IMG/VR virus record: IMGVR_UViG_3300025707_000006
Span: 32,001 to 96,000 of that record
Source: a virus
Lineage: Duplodnaviria > Caudoviricetes
Strand: one strand, 5' to 3'
Length of the DNA: 64,000 nucleotides
The position numbers and the translations under genes were made by a program. Positions 36,398 to 46,757 of this stretch are shown piece by piece. Position 1 is the first letter of the stretch, and the number at the start of each line of letters is the position of its first letter. Below the pieces are notes generated by a model. It worked only from the letters and a program-made list of their open reading frames with translations. It ran no database searches and was not told the DNA's origin.

Positions 36398-38740
36398 ATG
36401 AACATAAAACAAGCAAACGAGATGCTAAATCAGATCAAGAAATCTGGCCTTCATACCAAGACCAAAGTTGCTCAAGAACTTGTAAGAGAGCTTGAAATGT
36501 TCCTCAAATCAGCGGGCATGAAAAAGCAAGCCGATCTGAGGTTGCTGTCTAAAAGAGATGATGATCTTAAGAAGATCTTCTTCTATTGGGCAAGTGCCGC
36601 TCTCTCTGAAATGACTAGTGAGACAGAACTGCAAGGTATGACTATCCCCCCTGTTGGGTCTGATACTGGAGACATCTATGGTGCAAAGATCCTCAACCAA
36701 CTTGGTGGTCGAATGAAAAGAAGGCGACAAGCGAGTGTTGCAATGTACGCAAACTTTTTGAACAATCTATATGAGGAACTTAAACCACTCCTTATCAGCG
36801 GTATCAACAAAGCCTATACTAAATTTGCTTATAATAATAAAGAATTTGAGAGACTAAACAGCGACATTCTTGAAGATCTTTGGCAGAGAGCTACGCTGTG
36901 GGCTGTGACTGGTACAAGAGATAGTGCAATAAGAGATACAGAGGTATCCCCTTGGAAAAGGATCGAGGGAAATGTCGAGGGGGGAGGATCTCTCGCTGAG
37001 AGAGTTATGAAAGCTATCCGTAAGGGTGTATTCAGTGCTATGACTTCTAAAGGACGCTACCTAAGCCTTGATGAAAGAAGACGACTAGGACTGGCTAAGG
37101 TAGATGGGGAAAAAATCAGACAAGAATCTATCGAGGGGCAATCTTCGTCTGGTGAAGAATACAGCAAACTCGATCAGTTTTCAGCTCAAGGGTTCATTGA
37201 GAATATGGATGGAGTGGGTGATACTGAGAAGTACATAAAAAAGCATAAACTAACGGAGGAAGAATTAGAGACTCTAACAGGTCTATTGACTGATGGGACT
37301 TACGAAGATAAACCTTATCAGAGGGCACTCGTACTTGAGATACTTGTAAGGTCAGGTCATATTCTCAAGGACGATGCCTTTATAAGAACCTTAAAACTCG
37401 ACTTCATGGATGGTAAGTTTGAGGGTACAGAAGCAATGGAAAAAGCGGTAGAGGTACTTGAGTTGACAGGAAACCCCATCACTAAGGAACTTGTGGATCT
37501 TCTCCAAAGTTATGCTTCGGGTGAACTCGATGAAGATGCTTTTGAGGATCTTGAGGGTAACTTGATAGCTGACGGTTGGTTGGTTGATAACATAGAAATA
37601 GAGATAGAATCCGAAGAAGCTGTTAAGATGATCAATGAGAAAGCTGAACAAATGGCAGAAATAGCTGTTCAAGCTATTAACTTACCAGAAGGTGAGCTTG
37701 GAGAAGCCATCGGTGACCTAGCTAAAAAAGAACTAGAAGTGAAAGAGTTAAAGAAGCTCTTAAAGCTGTTCACCGAAGATGGTTTCCATTGGATGCTTGA
37801 CGCTAATCTGTATCTTGATGACGCAGAATGGGCTAAAGCTCTGAGGGAGTCGAACCCTAAAGCTTTGAAAGCAATCCAAGAAGCCATCGAAGAACACCAA
37901 GAGCCTCTTCTACCTCTAGGGTTGAAGAATGTTCTCAATTCATCTGTCTTTGAGGACAAGCAAAAAGTGATAGCAATCAAAGAGTTTGTTGATCAGTGTA
38001 TGAATAGTGGTGCTATTAAAAAAATGTTCGGTCAGTCTAGGGGGCCTCTTGGTTGGTTCATTGAGTTAGCTATCGTTTTAAACGGAAAGTCTATCACAGG
38101 GAGAAAAAATGGATCTCCTTTTACACTAAATATTGAGAAGGTAAGATTCTTTGACCTCACCCAAGACTTTTATGCTCAACTTGCTGAATTTGTTAGAGTG
38201 GCGACTGATGGAGAGATAGACGCTCTTGTGGGTAAGCTTGATGAACTCGTTGAACCATATAGGCCAAAAGGGTTGACTTATTCAGTATCAGATTGGTTAG
38301 AAAAGATAGTGGTGACCTGTAAAGAAAGAAAGAAATCTGGAAATCAAGCATGGAAAGAAGCTCGGACAAGTGGGATTGGGACAATGAAAGGTTTCTATAG
38401 CGTTGTCGCTAGTGATCTTGTTCGGTATCGCTTCTATCTCGACATTGGTCTTACTGAGGGGGATAACTTACCAGAGGGTCTAGGTAATCCAGATTGTGAT
38501 AATCGTGTTCTAGGTCTAATGAGACCGATCCCCACCAACGCTGTTAATGAAGTTAAGAGCGAGGGTTATGATCTTATGTTAAGGTCTTGGCAAGCTGAAG
38601 TAACACAGGCCACTCAAAGGCGAGTTGATTTGAGGATTACTGAAAAAGCTAAACTTAACCAACAAGTAAAAAAGGTATTCAAAGAGTTCGGTATCGAAGA
38701 GGGTACAGAGCTATATGAGGCATTTGTTAATCTCGGTTAA
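36398..38740 (+). CDS. Large hypothetical protein with a K-x-A-type N-terminus and acidic core
   Basis: ~780 aa ORF; KSAGMKKQA after an N-terminal helix; TGTAGATCGTTTATA upstream. Confidence 0.75.
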   Translation: MNIKQANEMLNQIKKSGLHTKTKVAQELVRELEMFLKSAGMKKQADLRLLSKRDDDLKKIFFYWASAALSEMTSETELQGMTIPPVGSDTGDIYGAKILNQLGGRMKRRRQASVAMYANFLNNLYEELKPLLISGINKAYTKFAYNNKEFERLNSDILEDLWQRATLWAVTGTRDSAIRDTEVSPWKRIEGNVEGGGSLAERVMKAIRKGVFSAMTSKGRYLSLDERRRLGLAKVDGEKIRQESIEGQSSSGEEYSKLDQFSAQGFIENMDGVGDTEKYIKKHKLTEEELETLTGLLTDGTYEDKPYQRALVLEILVRSGHILKDDAFIRTLKLDFMDGKFEGTEAMEKAVEVLELTGNPITKELVDLLQSYASGELDEDAFEDLEGNLIADGWLVDNIEIEIESEEAVKMINEKAEQMAEIAVQAINLPEGELGEAIGDLAKKELEVKELKKLLKLFTEDGFHWMLDANLYLDDAEWAKALRESNPKALKAIQEAIEEHQEPLLPLGLKNVLNSSVFEDKQKVIAIKEFVDQCMNSGAIKKMFGQSRGPLGWFIELAIVLNGKSITGRKNGSPFTLNIEKVRFFDLTQDFYAQLAEFVRVATDGEIDALVGKLDELVEPYRPKGLTYSVSDWLEKIVVTCKERKKSGNQAWKEARTSGIGTMKGFYSVVASDLVRYRFYLDIGLTEGDNLPEGLGNPDCDNRVLGLMRPIPTNAVNEVKSEGYDLMLRSWQAEVTQATQRRVDLRITEKAKLNQQVKKVFKEFGIEEGTELYEAFVNLG

Positions 38741-38741
38741 T

Positions 38742-38801
38742 CTGTAGTTTATTTATCATCGGTAGTTTAGTATCAAACCCCACTAGACTACTGGTGATAA
38801 C
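38742..38801 (+). promoter_or_regulatory. Class-B promoter-like motif overlapping an 18-bp RBS-occluding hairpin at the head of the baseplate operon
   Basis: CTGTAGTTTATTTATC; stem 38753-38770/38783-38800 fully paired with 3 G-U wobbles on the + strand, ending 1 nt before ATG 38802. Confidence 0.75.
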
Positions 38802-39842
38802 ATGAGCGAAGACCTACAGATTTCTTATGCCTGTCCTCATTATCTTCGATATGAGAGGGTAGGACTACAAAACAGTATCTACATTATACCCGCATCACCA
38901 ATCAATGGTGAGGGTCTTGTAGTGATTAGACGAGATGGTGTCGTCCTTGAACCTCAAGGTAATTACCGAGAAGCGACTATCACCACTCCTAATGTGTCTC
39001 CTTTTAGGGTGAGAAGTACCTCCAATGTGCTTACAATAACCACTACAGAGGGGTACTCAAACACAATCACCTTACCCTCGAAGATATACAAATCAAAGAC
39101 CTTGATCTCCGAAATACAAAGCCAAATCGGAGCGATCATTGTTGAAGAGACTACATCAAAAGCGTTGAGGTTTTCTGATCGAAAATTAGGTATTGGGTTT
39201 ACCCTCACAGGAAGCCTATTAAAAGCACTTGGTTTCAAGAAGCAAAAGCAAGTTATTAAAACGAAAAAGTCTACTCCTGCTTGGGGGTTAGTTTCACGAC
39301 TCAACGGACATGATATACAGTTCAAGAGCAGATTAGAACCTGAAGGTTTACTAGAAATATCTTACACTACCGAAAAGCGATACTGTAGAAGATGTGGTGG
39401 CACAGGGGTTGAAAACGACTTTAGATTCGGTACTGATGGAGACATTCAAAAGATACAAGACACTGATCTACTCTATCAGAACATAGCCAAGACTCTTTTG
39501 ACTGAGATCGGGTCGAACCCTTACCACGCTTGGTATGGATCAAACGCTAACCGACTCATAGGTAAAAAGAATAATGCTTCGGTTGGGGTCGCTTTAAGGA
39601 TGAGTGTACAACAGGCACTAGATAAGTTGCAGAAAATCCAACAAGATCTCAAGAGGGTACAATACCTTAGCCAAGAAGAAAGATTAATGAGCGTTCAGTC
39701 TGTGGAAGTTTCTACACTCAATAACAATGCGACTGCATTATTGTGTAATGTGGTTGTTCGTAGTGGAGCAAATCGTCAAGTGAGCGTAAATATAGTCTTT
39801 GAAGTACCTGGTAGCATTTCATTAGATGGGAGTTTGACATGA
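38802..39842 (+). CDS. Baseplate wedge protein with a C-terminal gp25/GPW-like domain
   Basis: LLYQNIAKTLLTEIGSNPYHAWYGS; directly upstream of baseplate J. Confidence 0.7.
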   Translation: MSEDLQISYACPHYLRYERVGLQNSIYIIPASPINGEGLVVIRRDGVVLEPQGNYREATITTPNVSPFRVRSTSNVLTITTTEGYSNTITLPSKIYKSKTLISEIQSQIGAIIVEETTSKALRFSDRKLGIGFTLTGSLLKALGFKKQKQVIKTKKSTPAWGLVSRLNGHDIQFKSRLEPEGLLEISYTTEKRYCRRCGGTGVENDFRFGTDGDIQKIQDTDLLYQNIAKTLLTEIGSNPYHAWYGSNANRLIGKKNNASVGVALRMSVQQALDKLQKIQQDLKRVQYLSQEERLMSVQSVEVSTLNNNATALLCNVVVRSGANRQVSVNIVFEVPGSISLDGSLT

Positions 39843-42800
39843 GCTATAGCTTAAAAATTGTAAAGCCAGATGGAGTTAGTTCCACTGTTTCAACAAGTTA
39901 TTCTACAGATAAAGAAGAAGTATTCATTCATGGTCTTGTTGAGGGGTACGATCAAATCACAGTGTCATTCTTAGATGAAGTATTCACCTCCGTAGGACAA
40001 GAAGCAGACATCACAATTAGTAATGGGACTTGGGTATTCCCGAATCCAGACACGACACAAGAGGGGATAGACTTAAATCAAGGGGCTAACAGCTTCTTTA
40101 TCACAGCAACAGATGGGTCAAACACTACCTCTTTAACACTCATCGTCATCTCTAGTCTTGACTCAAATACTGCTAAACCTCAGCCCCCTCTCAATATAAA
40201 ATCCGAGAGAGCGGATGATAATGTAGTTCTTAGTTGGTTACATTCAGACTCTGAGATTATCTCTTATAATGTGTACGCTTCTACTGTAAGTGGAGGGGGT
40301 GATGGTTATCGACAGATCAACAAGATACCTATTGACCCGATTTCTTATGGGTTTAAGTCTGAGAAGGTTACCTCTGTAGTAGATTTCTCTAGTGATCTTA
40401 AAACAATCGAAGAAGACCCAAATGTCCTTACGATAAAAGCCTTACAGAACACCACATCAAGTGATATAGGTACACAAGAAATTGCTGAGAGCATCAGTCG
40501 ATTAAGAGTGTCAACAAATGTGTCTGCAATCGAGTTAGAAACAAAGGTGTCTTTCAAACATAATCGTAGTATACCAGACCAAGCGAATACAATAGATATA
40601 GGCGATTTTTCTTCTCTCAATGCAAACACACCTCTTTACTATGTCATTACAGCAGTCAAGGTCGTGGATAACCAATCGGTTGAGTCCACTTTTAGTGTTG
40701 AAGTTGGATCCGCACCGATTGACTTACAGATTGTCAATACAATCCTACCCAATGTGACTGATGCACAGATTACAGAGAGTATGATCTCAGCTATTTATGA
40801 TGCAGACTCCACAGCGAGTGTCCATGCTGGGTCTGCGATAAGAGACTTGTTTATAGACCCAGTAGTGTCAGAGATCTCTCGCATGAGAGTCCTCTTAGAT
40901 TTCTGCTACAAAGCTACCAACTTTGTGTCTCTTAACGACATTGATGACCCAACAGGATTGGGTGAGTCCATCTTCGTATCTAACTCAAGTTATAAACAGC
41001 TCTTAAAAGAGGCTTACTTCCTTGATACCGACACACAGGTACAAAACCTTATCGACATCTGTTTTGATCGCCTAGCGTCTAATCTAGGCATTGTTAGGTT
41101 ATCAGGTCAGGTGGCTAGAGGTGAAGCAACTTTCTTCTCAAGAAGTCTGCCTACTTTTGATCTGATCGTACCTATAGGACAGATCCTCTCTAGTGGTGGT
41201 GTGAGATTTAGAACTCTTCAAGGGGGGACAATCACAGTTTCTGAAGCACCTAGCTTTTACAACCCAATCACACGCGGATATGAGATCACCTTACCAATCC
41301 AAGCTGACACAGCAGGTCTTAGTGGGAATGTTACATCGGGTCAAATCACAACTGGTGCTCCTTTAGGGTTAAGTGTAATCAATAACTCATCTACATTTGG
41401 AGGTTCTACTAGAGAGACAAACCAAGAAATGATGACACGAGCAATGACTTACATATCTTCTGTAGATGTAGGCACAAGAGCTGGTTATGAGCGAGTGGCT
41501 AGAGAGTCAGCAGGTGTTTTAGGCTATGAGGTTATAGATGCTGACAACCCATATATGCTTCGAGATAACGATCAAGGGGGGAAGGTAGACATTTGGATTA
41601 GAGGTGAACTGTTGAGCCGAGTAACTGATGTATATGCTCCGTCCTATAGGTCAAGAAAAGACTCAAGGTTCATCCCTATACAATCGGAGGGTGCATATAG
41701 GTTTCAAGCCTCAGATGCCACCTCAGAGAACCCTCTCTTTCAAATGATTGATCGAACTAATACCTTTGGACTTAAAAACCAAACCAATGGTGAGTTCTTC
41801 GACCTTACAGGAGCAACTATTTCTGAAGGTAAGATCCTTCGACTCAATACAGACATATCCCAACCCACATATCGCATGACCGACATTATCTTGGGAGACT
41901 ATAGAACTGATGTTACTAATAAAGTCGTGCTTGATCGACAACCTGTTCGACAAGTCATTTCTGTCCGTAAAGCAGATGGTACTGATCTGACTTTCACCTT
42001 CTATAAAACCGAAGATCCTCTTGTGCAAGGACAGTCCTCAAAATCTCAAGACTATATCATCCTTGATAACGATGGATTAGAGAAGATCATCTCAATCACA
42101 GCCGAGCAACAAACCCTTAATGAACTCTACACTGAAACGCTATCAAATCGTGGGGTAGACATCACTACCATTGTAGTCAAAGACTCAAATGGTAATACTT
42201 TTGCAAGCCCATTGACCTCTGCAACGCCAGATTATGTTATCGAAGTTAATGGTGATCTGACAACGATTAAGAGGACTACTTCAAGTACAATCACATCGAG
42301 TCAAACAGTCCTTGTCGATTATGAATACCTAGAAAACATTACAGTAACCTATCAGACAAACCTAGTTGTATCTAACCTACAACTAGAAGTTGATGAACAA
42401 AAACACATGGGTGCAGATGTTCTTATAAAAGAAGTTTCTCCTGTTCGAGTTAATGTAAAAGGTCTTGTCTACTTAGAACAAGGGACATCAGCTACTAGTG
42501 TTGACTCAATAATCAAAGCCTCTTTATTCAATCGCATAACGGAAACAACTCTTGGTGGGAGTCTTTACCCATCCGATTTCATTCGGGAGATTGACTCTGT
42601 ACGAGGTGTTTCTTATGTCTCTGTTCCTTTGACAGAGCTTTCACTGACTGAAGGAGATCAGATCCTTCGTGAAAAAGTGAACCCAACAGTGCCTGTGGAA
42701 GTCACAGAGTTTACAAGCTCTAGTCATAAAGTATGGCTCATGGATGTTCAACTAGATCATGTACCTCAACAAAGTGGGGGGTCAAATGCTAGGGTGTTTT

Positions 42801-43114
42801 TAAATCGAAAAGAAATCGAAACGCTCAAGGTCGGACAAAGAGAAACAGCCTCAAACTGGATCGGTGAGAAAGGGAGCATCGTAGGTTTAGAGAAAGCCTC
42901 TGTTAACTCTAACGGAGTTCTCACAGAGATACCAAACTCCACTCGAAAACTTATGATCTCATTACCTTTGGGGGAAACTCCTTTAGGGTATGAGATTGAG
43001 GTCAACTACACTTGTGGTAATGGGACTGGAGTAGTAGGTGAGATCAGATTAAATAACTTTAGCTACTTTCAAGTGGGAGATCTCAGCTTCACTTATGAAG
43101 AGGAGAGAAGATAA
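39839..43114 (+). CDS. Baseplate J-like protein (T4 gp6/P2 J) with N-terminal Ig/FN3-like domains
   Basis: GSAIRDLFIDP, FDRLASNLGIVR, ARGEATF, GLSGNV..GQI, TFGGSTRETN, GGKVDIWI. Confidence 0.85.
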   Translation: MSYSLKIVKPDGVSSTVSTSYSTDKEEVFIHGLVEGYDQITVSFLDEVFTSVGQEADITISNGTWVFPNPDTTQEGIDLNQGANSFFITATDGSNTTSLTLIVISSLDSNTAKPQPPLNIKSERADDNVVLSWLHSDSEIISYNVYASTVSGGGDGYRQINKIPIDPISYGFKSEKVTSVVDFSSDLKTIEEDPNVLTIKALQNTTSSDIGTQEIAESISRLRVSTNVSAIELETKVSFKHNRSIPDQANTIDIGDFSSLNANTPLYYVITAVKVVDNQSVESTFSVEVGSAPIDLQIVNTILPNVTDAQITESMISAIYDADSTASVHAGSAIRDLFIDPVVSEISRMRVLLDFCYKATNFVSLNDIDDPTGLGESIFVSNSSYKQLLKEAYFLDTDTQVQNLIDICFDRLASNLGIVRLSGQVARGEATFFSRSLPTFDLIVPIGQILSSGGVRFRTLQGGTITVSEAPSFYNPITRGYEITLPIQADTAGLSGNVTSGQITTGAPLGLSVINNSSTFGGSTRETNQEMMTRAMTYISSVDVGTRAGYERVARESAGVLGYEVIDADNPYMLRDNDQGGKVDIWIRGELLSRVTDVYAPSYRSRKDSRFIPIQSEGAYRFQASDATSENPLFQMIDRTNTFGLKNQTNGEFFDLTGATISEGKILRLNTDISQPTYRMTDIILGDYRTDVTNKVVLDRQPVRQVISVRKADGTDLTFTFYKTEDPLVQGQSSKSQDYIILDNDGLEKIISITAEQQTLNELYTETLSNRGVDITTIVVKDSNGNTFASPLTSATPDYVIEVNGDLTTIKRTTSSTITSSQTVLVDYEYLENITVTYQTNLVVSNLQLEVDEQKHMGADVLIKEVSPVRVNVKGLVYLEQGTSATSVDSIIKASLFNRITETTLGGSLYPSDFIREIDSVRGVSYVSVPLTELSLTEGDQILREKVNPTVPVEVTEFTSSSHKVWLMDVQLDHVPQQSGGSNARVFLNRKEIETLKVGQRETASNWIGEKGSIVGLEKASVNSNGVLTEIPNSTRKLMISLPLGETPLGYEIEVNYTCGNGTGVVGEIRLNNFSYFQVGDLSFTYEEERR

Positions 43115-46100
43115 TGGTATATGATTTCGACCCACGCACAAATAGAGAAAACTTAAACTCAAAGTCCTACCCTAGACGACTCCTAGAGGACATAATTACC
43201 AACAAAATCGTAGACTCCATGTCCTTCGGGACTGCCTCAAACTACCTCACTCGTAGCTATGGCCCGAACCATAGGGTTATCTACGAGGGTGTAGGCCGAC
43301 TCCTTGCAGGATTATTAGTAGACACCTTAGATAACCTAGAAGATGTTGAATACTCCCAACTAAGAGCTGAGTTTATTGCTACTCGCCTCATGTACCTTGT
43401 GTTCCCCGATGAGGACTCTGTACCTGTCGGGGATACACATGAAGAGACTATCTCTTTTCTCCTACAAACCTATGAAGCTCTATTAAAAGGGGCGACTAAA
43501 AAATCTGTCGATGAAGTGTTGAATGACATCGCTGAAGGAAATGCCGTTGTACTTAGCAACATCGAGGGATATATCGCTAACATCAAGTCCTCTATCCTCG
43601 CTACAACAGAATACAACACAGATGGGGTGTTTTCCAAACACAGACACTTTGCCTTCACTGATGAATCTGGACTAGGTTCTACCAACAAGCCGATTGAATA
43701 TAAATGGGGAGATGAACTTCATACACACGACATTATTGACGGAGTTATTCAGCCACACATAGATGCTGACGGAAACTCTCACTCCCATGAGGTTTATCTT
43801 GGGATACCAGAAAACATCATAAGATTACAAACGAACTTACGCAAGGTTTTAAGGGTAACCAAACCCGCACATATTAAAACAGGTGAGGTTTCCTCAGTCA
43901 TTGATGAGGACATACCTATTCTCTCTAAAGGGAAAGGAGATGTGTTTAGCCCTATTCTCGGAATCGACCCTGCTCAAACAGATGCTCTGATAATCGAGGG
44001 CAACAAGATTGACGCAACACTACCATATTACAACCAAAACGCACAGTATGGGCTTGTTGGAGTCTCGCTAGGGTCTTTCTTCCAAGAAGAGATGAGGAAG
44101 GCTAGGGAGGGTGTTTACGAAGAATATTTCTACGGGTATGCGTCTGGTAATACCATTCGTGTATGGAGGACTAATGTCCAAGTAGCAGACAACCTCGTCC
44201 TCAGTGATGATGACTCCAACACAGCAGATCAAAAGTTTAGGGTCATAGAGGTCGAAAGTGGTATTAAACCAGTAGATGGCATCTATCAGAAAATGACTGG
44301 TAGTGATGGAGTAGAATACACAACTAAAACAATACGGGATTTGAATCGTGGTGCGAGTTCTTCACTGAAACCCATAAATGTCGCTGATGTAGAGATCATT
44401 AATGGGAGTATGTACCCAATAGAGGAAAACGGTATAAGAGAGGGTCGGGCAGGTGATACACAATCCTTAAATGATGGTGAGCCTATCTTCCTAAAAGATA
44501 AAGTGTACTTCTGTGAGTTAAAATCTGACTTGGGTCAATACCTTTTGAGTTTTGATTCTGTTCGTGAACCTATGATGTCTGGTCATAGGGTAGGTCTTGT
44601 AGCGACTGTCATCACTGTAGATTCTAGGATACAACAAGAAGGGTTGATCAAGTTCAAAAACAACTCATCTCCTTGGAATGTTAGAGATGAATTAAAGTAC
44701 GAGACAGTTACCTTCACTAACACTTTTGATGTGGCTAGATGGGGTGTAAACTACAACTACGCTATAAACCTACCCAACTTTATCGTGAAAGATATGCTCA
44801 AATCTATAGGCACACTGCCTGTGTCTATGAATGACATCACCATAAAAATAGACAAAGGAGCAGGGTTCGTAGATCCCGATTACTCTTATTCTAACCTATT
44901 CTTAGAATCTATCAACTGGTATACATACTCAGATAAAGATGGGATCATGCGTATAAGTGATCGGACTTATACCACTGTGGGGGCTAATAACTATAATAAC
45001 CCACTTATAAGTTCGGGACATAAAGTTTCAATCACATATCCCAAATCCAAATCGGAAATCAGACGCTTCAGAGAACTTAATAGTCTTGAGATGACCCTCA
45101 ATGCCACAAGACCAGCTCGTAAAGTCTCCGACTCTGGTAGAGGGTTATTAGGTCAAAACAGAGTCATTGGGACAACATCACCAATCTCTTATGTACTTAA
45201 TGAACCACAACCTGTCACCCCTTTCACACAAGAACAAAAGACTGCTACCTACTCTGCGGGTAGTTCCGACCTGCTCAATACAAAAAATCAAAATCTATAT
45301 GCAAACACAATCACAGACCCTTTAGTCTTTAATAGCACATACACCCTCAATAACTTCTCACTCAATCAAACAGCAACTCAAGATCAAGTCTTTAAGCCGT
45401 CTACGAAAACCATCACTACATCAAACCCTAAGATTTCTTTTTATCTCCTGGGATTTAGACCCTCGTACATCACCTCCGTGGTCGATAGTAGTGCTGTGTC
45501 TTATGCCTATACACTCAATCAAGATCATGTCTTAGTCAGTGGATTAACAAGTGAAAAAACACTGACCATTACTGGTATCTCTTCTAACCCATTCTCCTCT
45601 GATCTTGATTGGTACAAAGGAGAAAAGTTAGCAGAAGGTCAAGCGTTCTACAAACACACCTCCACTAATGAATTAGATGTCTTCTCGGAGTCTACTCCTG
45701 AAGAATACATGACGAACCCTCTAGGTCTTGCATACGACAAAAACGGTGTTGTATCCGATCAAATACGCTCTGTATACTCTATGGAAGACACTAAAACATC
45801 GGGTATAGAGGGTGAACTAGACTTTTATGAGGACAAGGTTACAGGGTATGAGTTTAAGCAAGATGAAGACGGAAGGGATGGGTTTGCTAGTGAATATAAT
45901 ACGCAATGCACACAAGATGAAGTTCTTTACCCAGATCCGACTCTATATGTGTTAGGCCCAATATCCACATTAACAGGGGGTGTGCCTGTAAACACGATCC
46001 CCACATATCTCTTCTTTGGGTACTTTATGCTTATTGACCAAGATAGCAACAATGATATTGTATACTACCTCTCCATATATCGAATAGATGCTAATGGGGA

Positions 46101-46692
46101 TAAGCAATATCAAACACTAACACCAATACAAGATTCAAATGGAGATGACGCTTTACAGGTGTCGGGAACACTACCAGAATCTAATGGCTCTCCACTTGCA
46201 TATAGATTCTTAGGGAATAATGGGTTTGGAAGTCTTGAATACAACCAAATGAGTTCTACTGCTTACGCTAATATCTCATTTAATCACATACCTAATGAGA
46301 CCTATTATATGGAAGTCTTCTTTGAACGATCACCAGCAGGAGGGGCTTCTTTTCTTGGTTTTACAGCCAGAGGTTCAAACTCAGATGTAAACCTCTCTGA
46401 TACTTGGTTTAACTTAAATCAAGACGCAAATCAGAATGAAGTTGAGTTCTTAGGTCAAGGTGGCACAGATGTTTCGGAAACATACGAAGTCACATTCACT
46501 AATAATCCTGGTGGGGGTGAGATAGATACGATCAGTAATATCGCTGACCCAGACGCAGGGGCAACAAAAGACACCGAAAATGTAGGGGTGACTCACACCA
46601 CCACTACTACTACTTATTCCGCTACGGACTACTATCCTATCAGACCCTTAGAATATGACTACGGGTATAAAAGACTATTCACTGAGAGTTAA
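43114..46692 (+). CDS. Large baseplate/tail structural protein
   Basis: Follows baseplate J; LRVTKPAHI motif typical of P2 I/gp7-like wedge proteins; His-rich insert. Confidence 0.6.
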   Translation: MVYDFDPRTNRENLNSKSYPRRLLEDIITNKIVDSMSFGTASNYLTRSYGPNHRVIYEGVGRLLAGLLVDTLDNLEDVEYSQLRAEFIATRLMYLVFPDEDSVPVGDTHEETISFLLQTYEALLKGATKKSVDEVLNDIAEGNAVVLSNIEGYIANIKSSILATTEYNTDGVFSKHRHFAFTDESGLGSTNKPIEYKWGDELHTHDIIDGVIQPHIDADGNSHSHEVYLGIPENIIRLQTNLRKVLRVTKPAHIKTGEVSSVIDEDIPILSKGKGDVFSPILGIDPAQTDALIIEGNKIDATLPYYNQNAQYGLVGVSLGSFFQEEMRKAREGVYEEYFYGYASGNTIRVWRTNVQVADNLVLSDDDSNTADQKFRVIEVESGIKPVDGIYQKMTGSDGVEYTTKTIRDLNRGASSSLKPINVADVEIINGSMYPIEENGIREGRAGDTQSLNDGEPIFLKDKVYFCELKSDLGQYLLSFDSVREPMMSGHRVGLVATVITVDSRIQQEGLIKFKNNSSPWNVRDELKYETVTFTNTFDVARWGVNYNYAINLPNFIVKDMLKSIGTLPVSMNDITIKIDKGAGFVDPDYSYSNLFLESINWYTYSDKDGIMRISDRTYTTVGANNYNNPLISSGHKVSITYPKSKSEIRRFRELNSLEMTLNATRPARKVSDSGRGLLGQNRVIGTTSPISYVLNEPQPVTPFTQEQKTATYSAGSSDLLNTKNQNLYANTITDPLVFNSTYTLNNFSLNQTATQDQVFKPSTKTITTSNPKISFYLLGFRPSYITSVVDSSAVSYAYTLNQDHVLVSGLTSEKTLTITGISSNPFSSDLDWYKGEKLAEGQAFYKHTSTNELDVFSESTPEEYMTNPLGLAYDKNGVVSDQIRSVYSMEDTKTSGIEGELDFYEDKVTGYEFKQDEDGRDGFASEYNTQCTQDEVLYPDPTLYVLGPISTLTGGVPVNTIPTYLFFGYFMLIDQDSNNDIVYYLSIYRIDANGDKQYQTLTPIQDSNGDDALQVSGTLPESNGSPLAYRFLGNNGFGSLEYNQMSSTAYANISFNHIPNETYYMEVFFERSPAGGASFLGFTARGSNSDVNLSDTWFNLNQDANQNEVEFLGQGGTDVSETYEVTFTNNPGGGEIDTISNIADPDAGATKDTENVGVTHTTTTTTYSATDYYPIRPLEYDYGYKRLFTES

Positions 46693-46757
46693 TAACTCTT
46701 TTATACATTGGTAATATGTAAACAAGACCCCCCACAATTTTTAGATTGGAGGACAAT

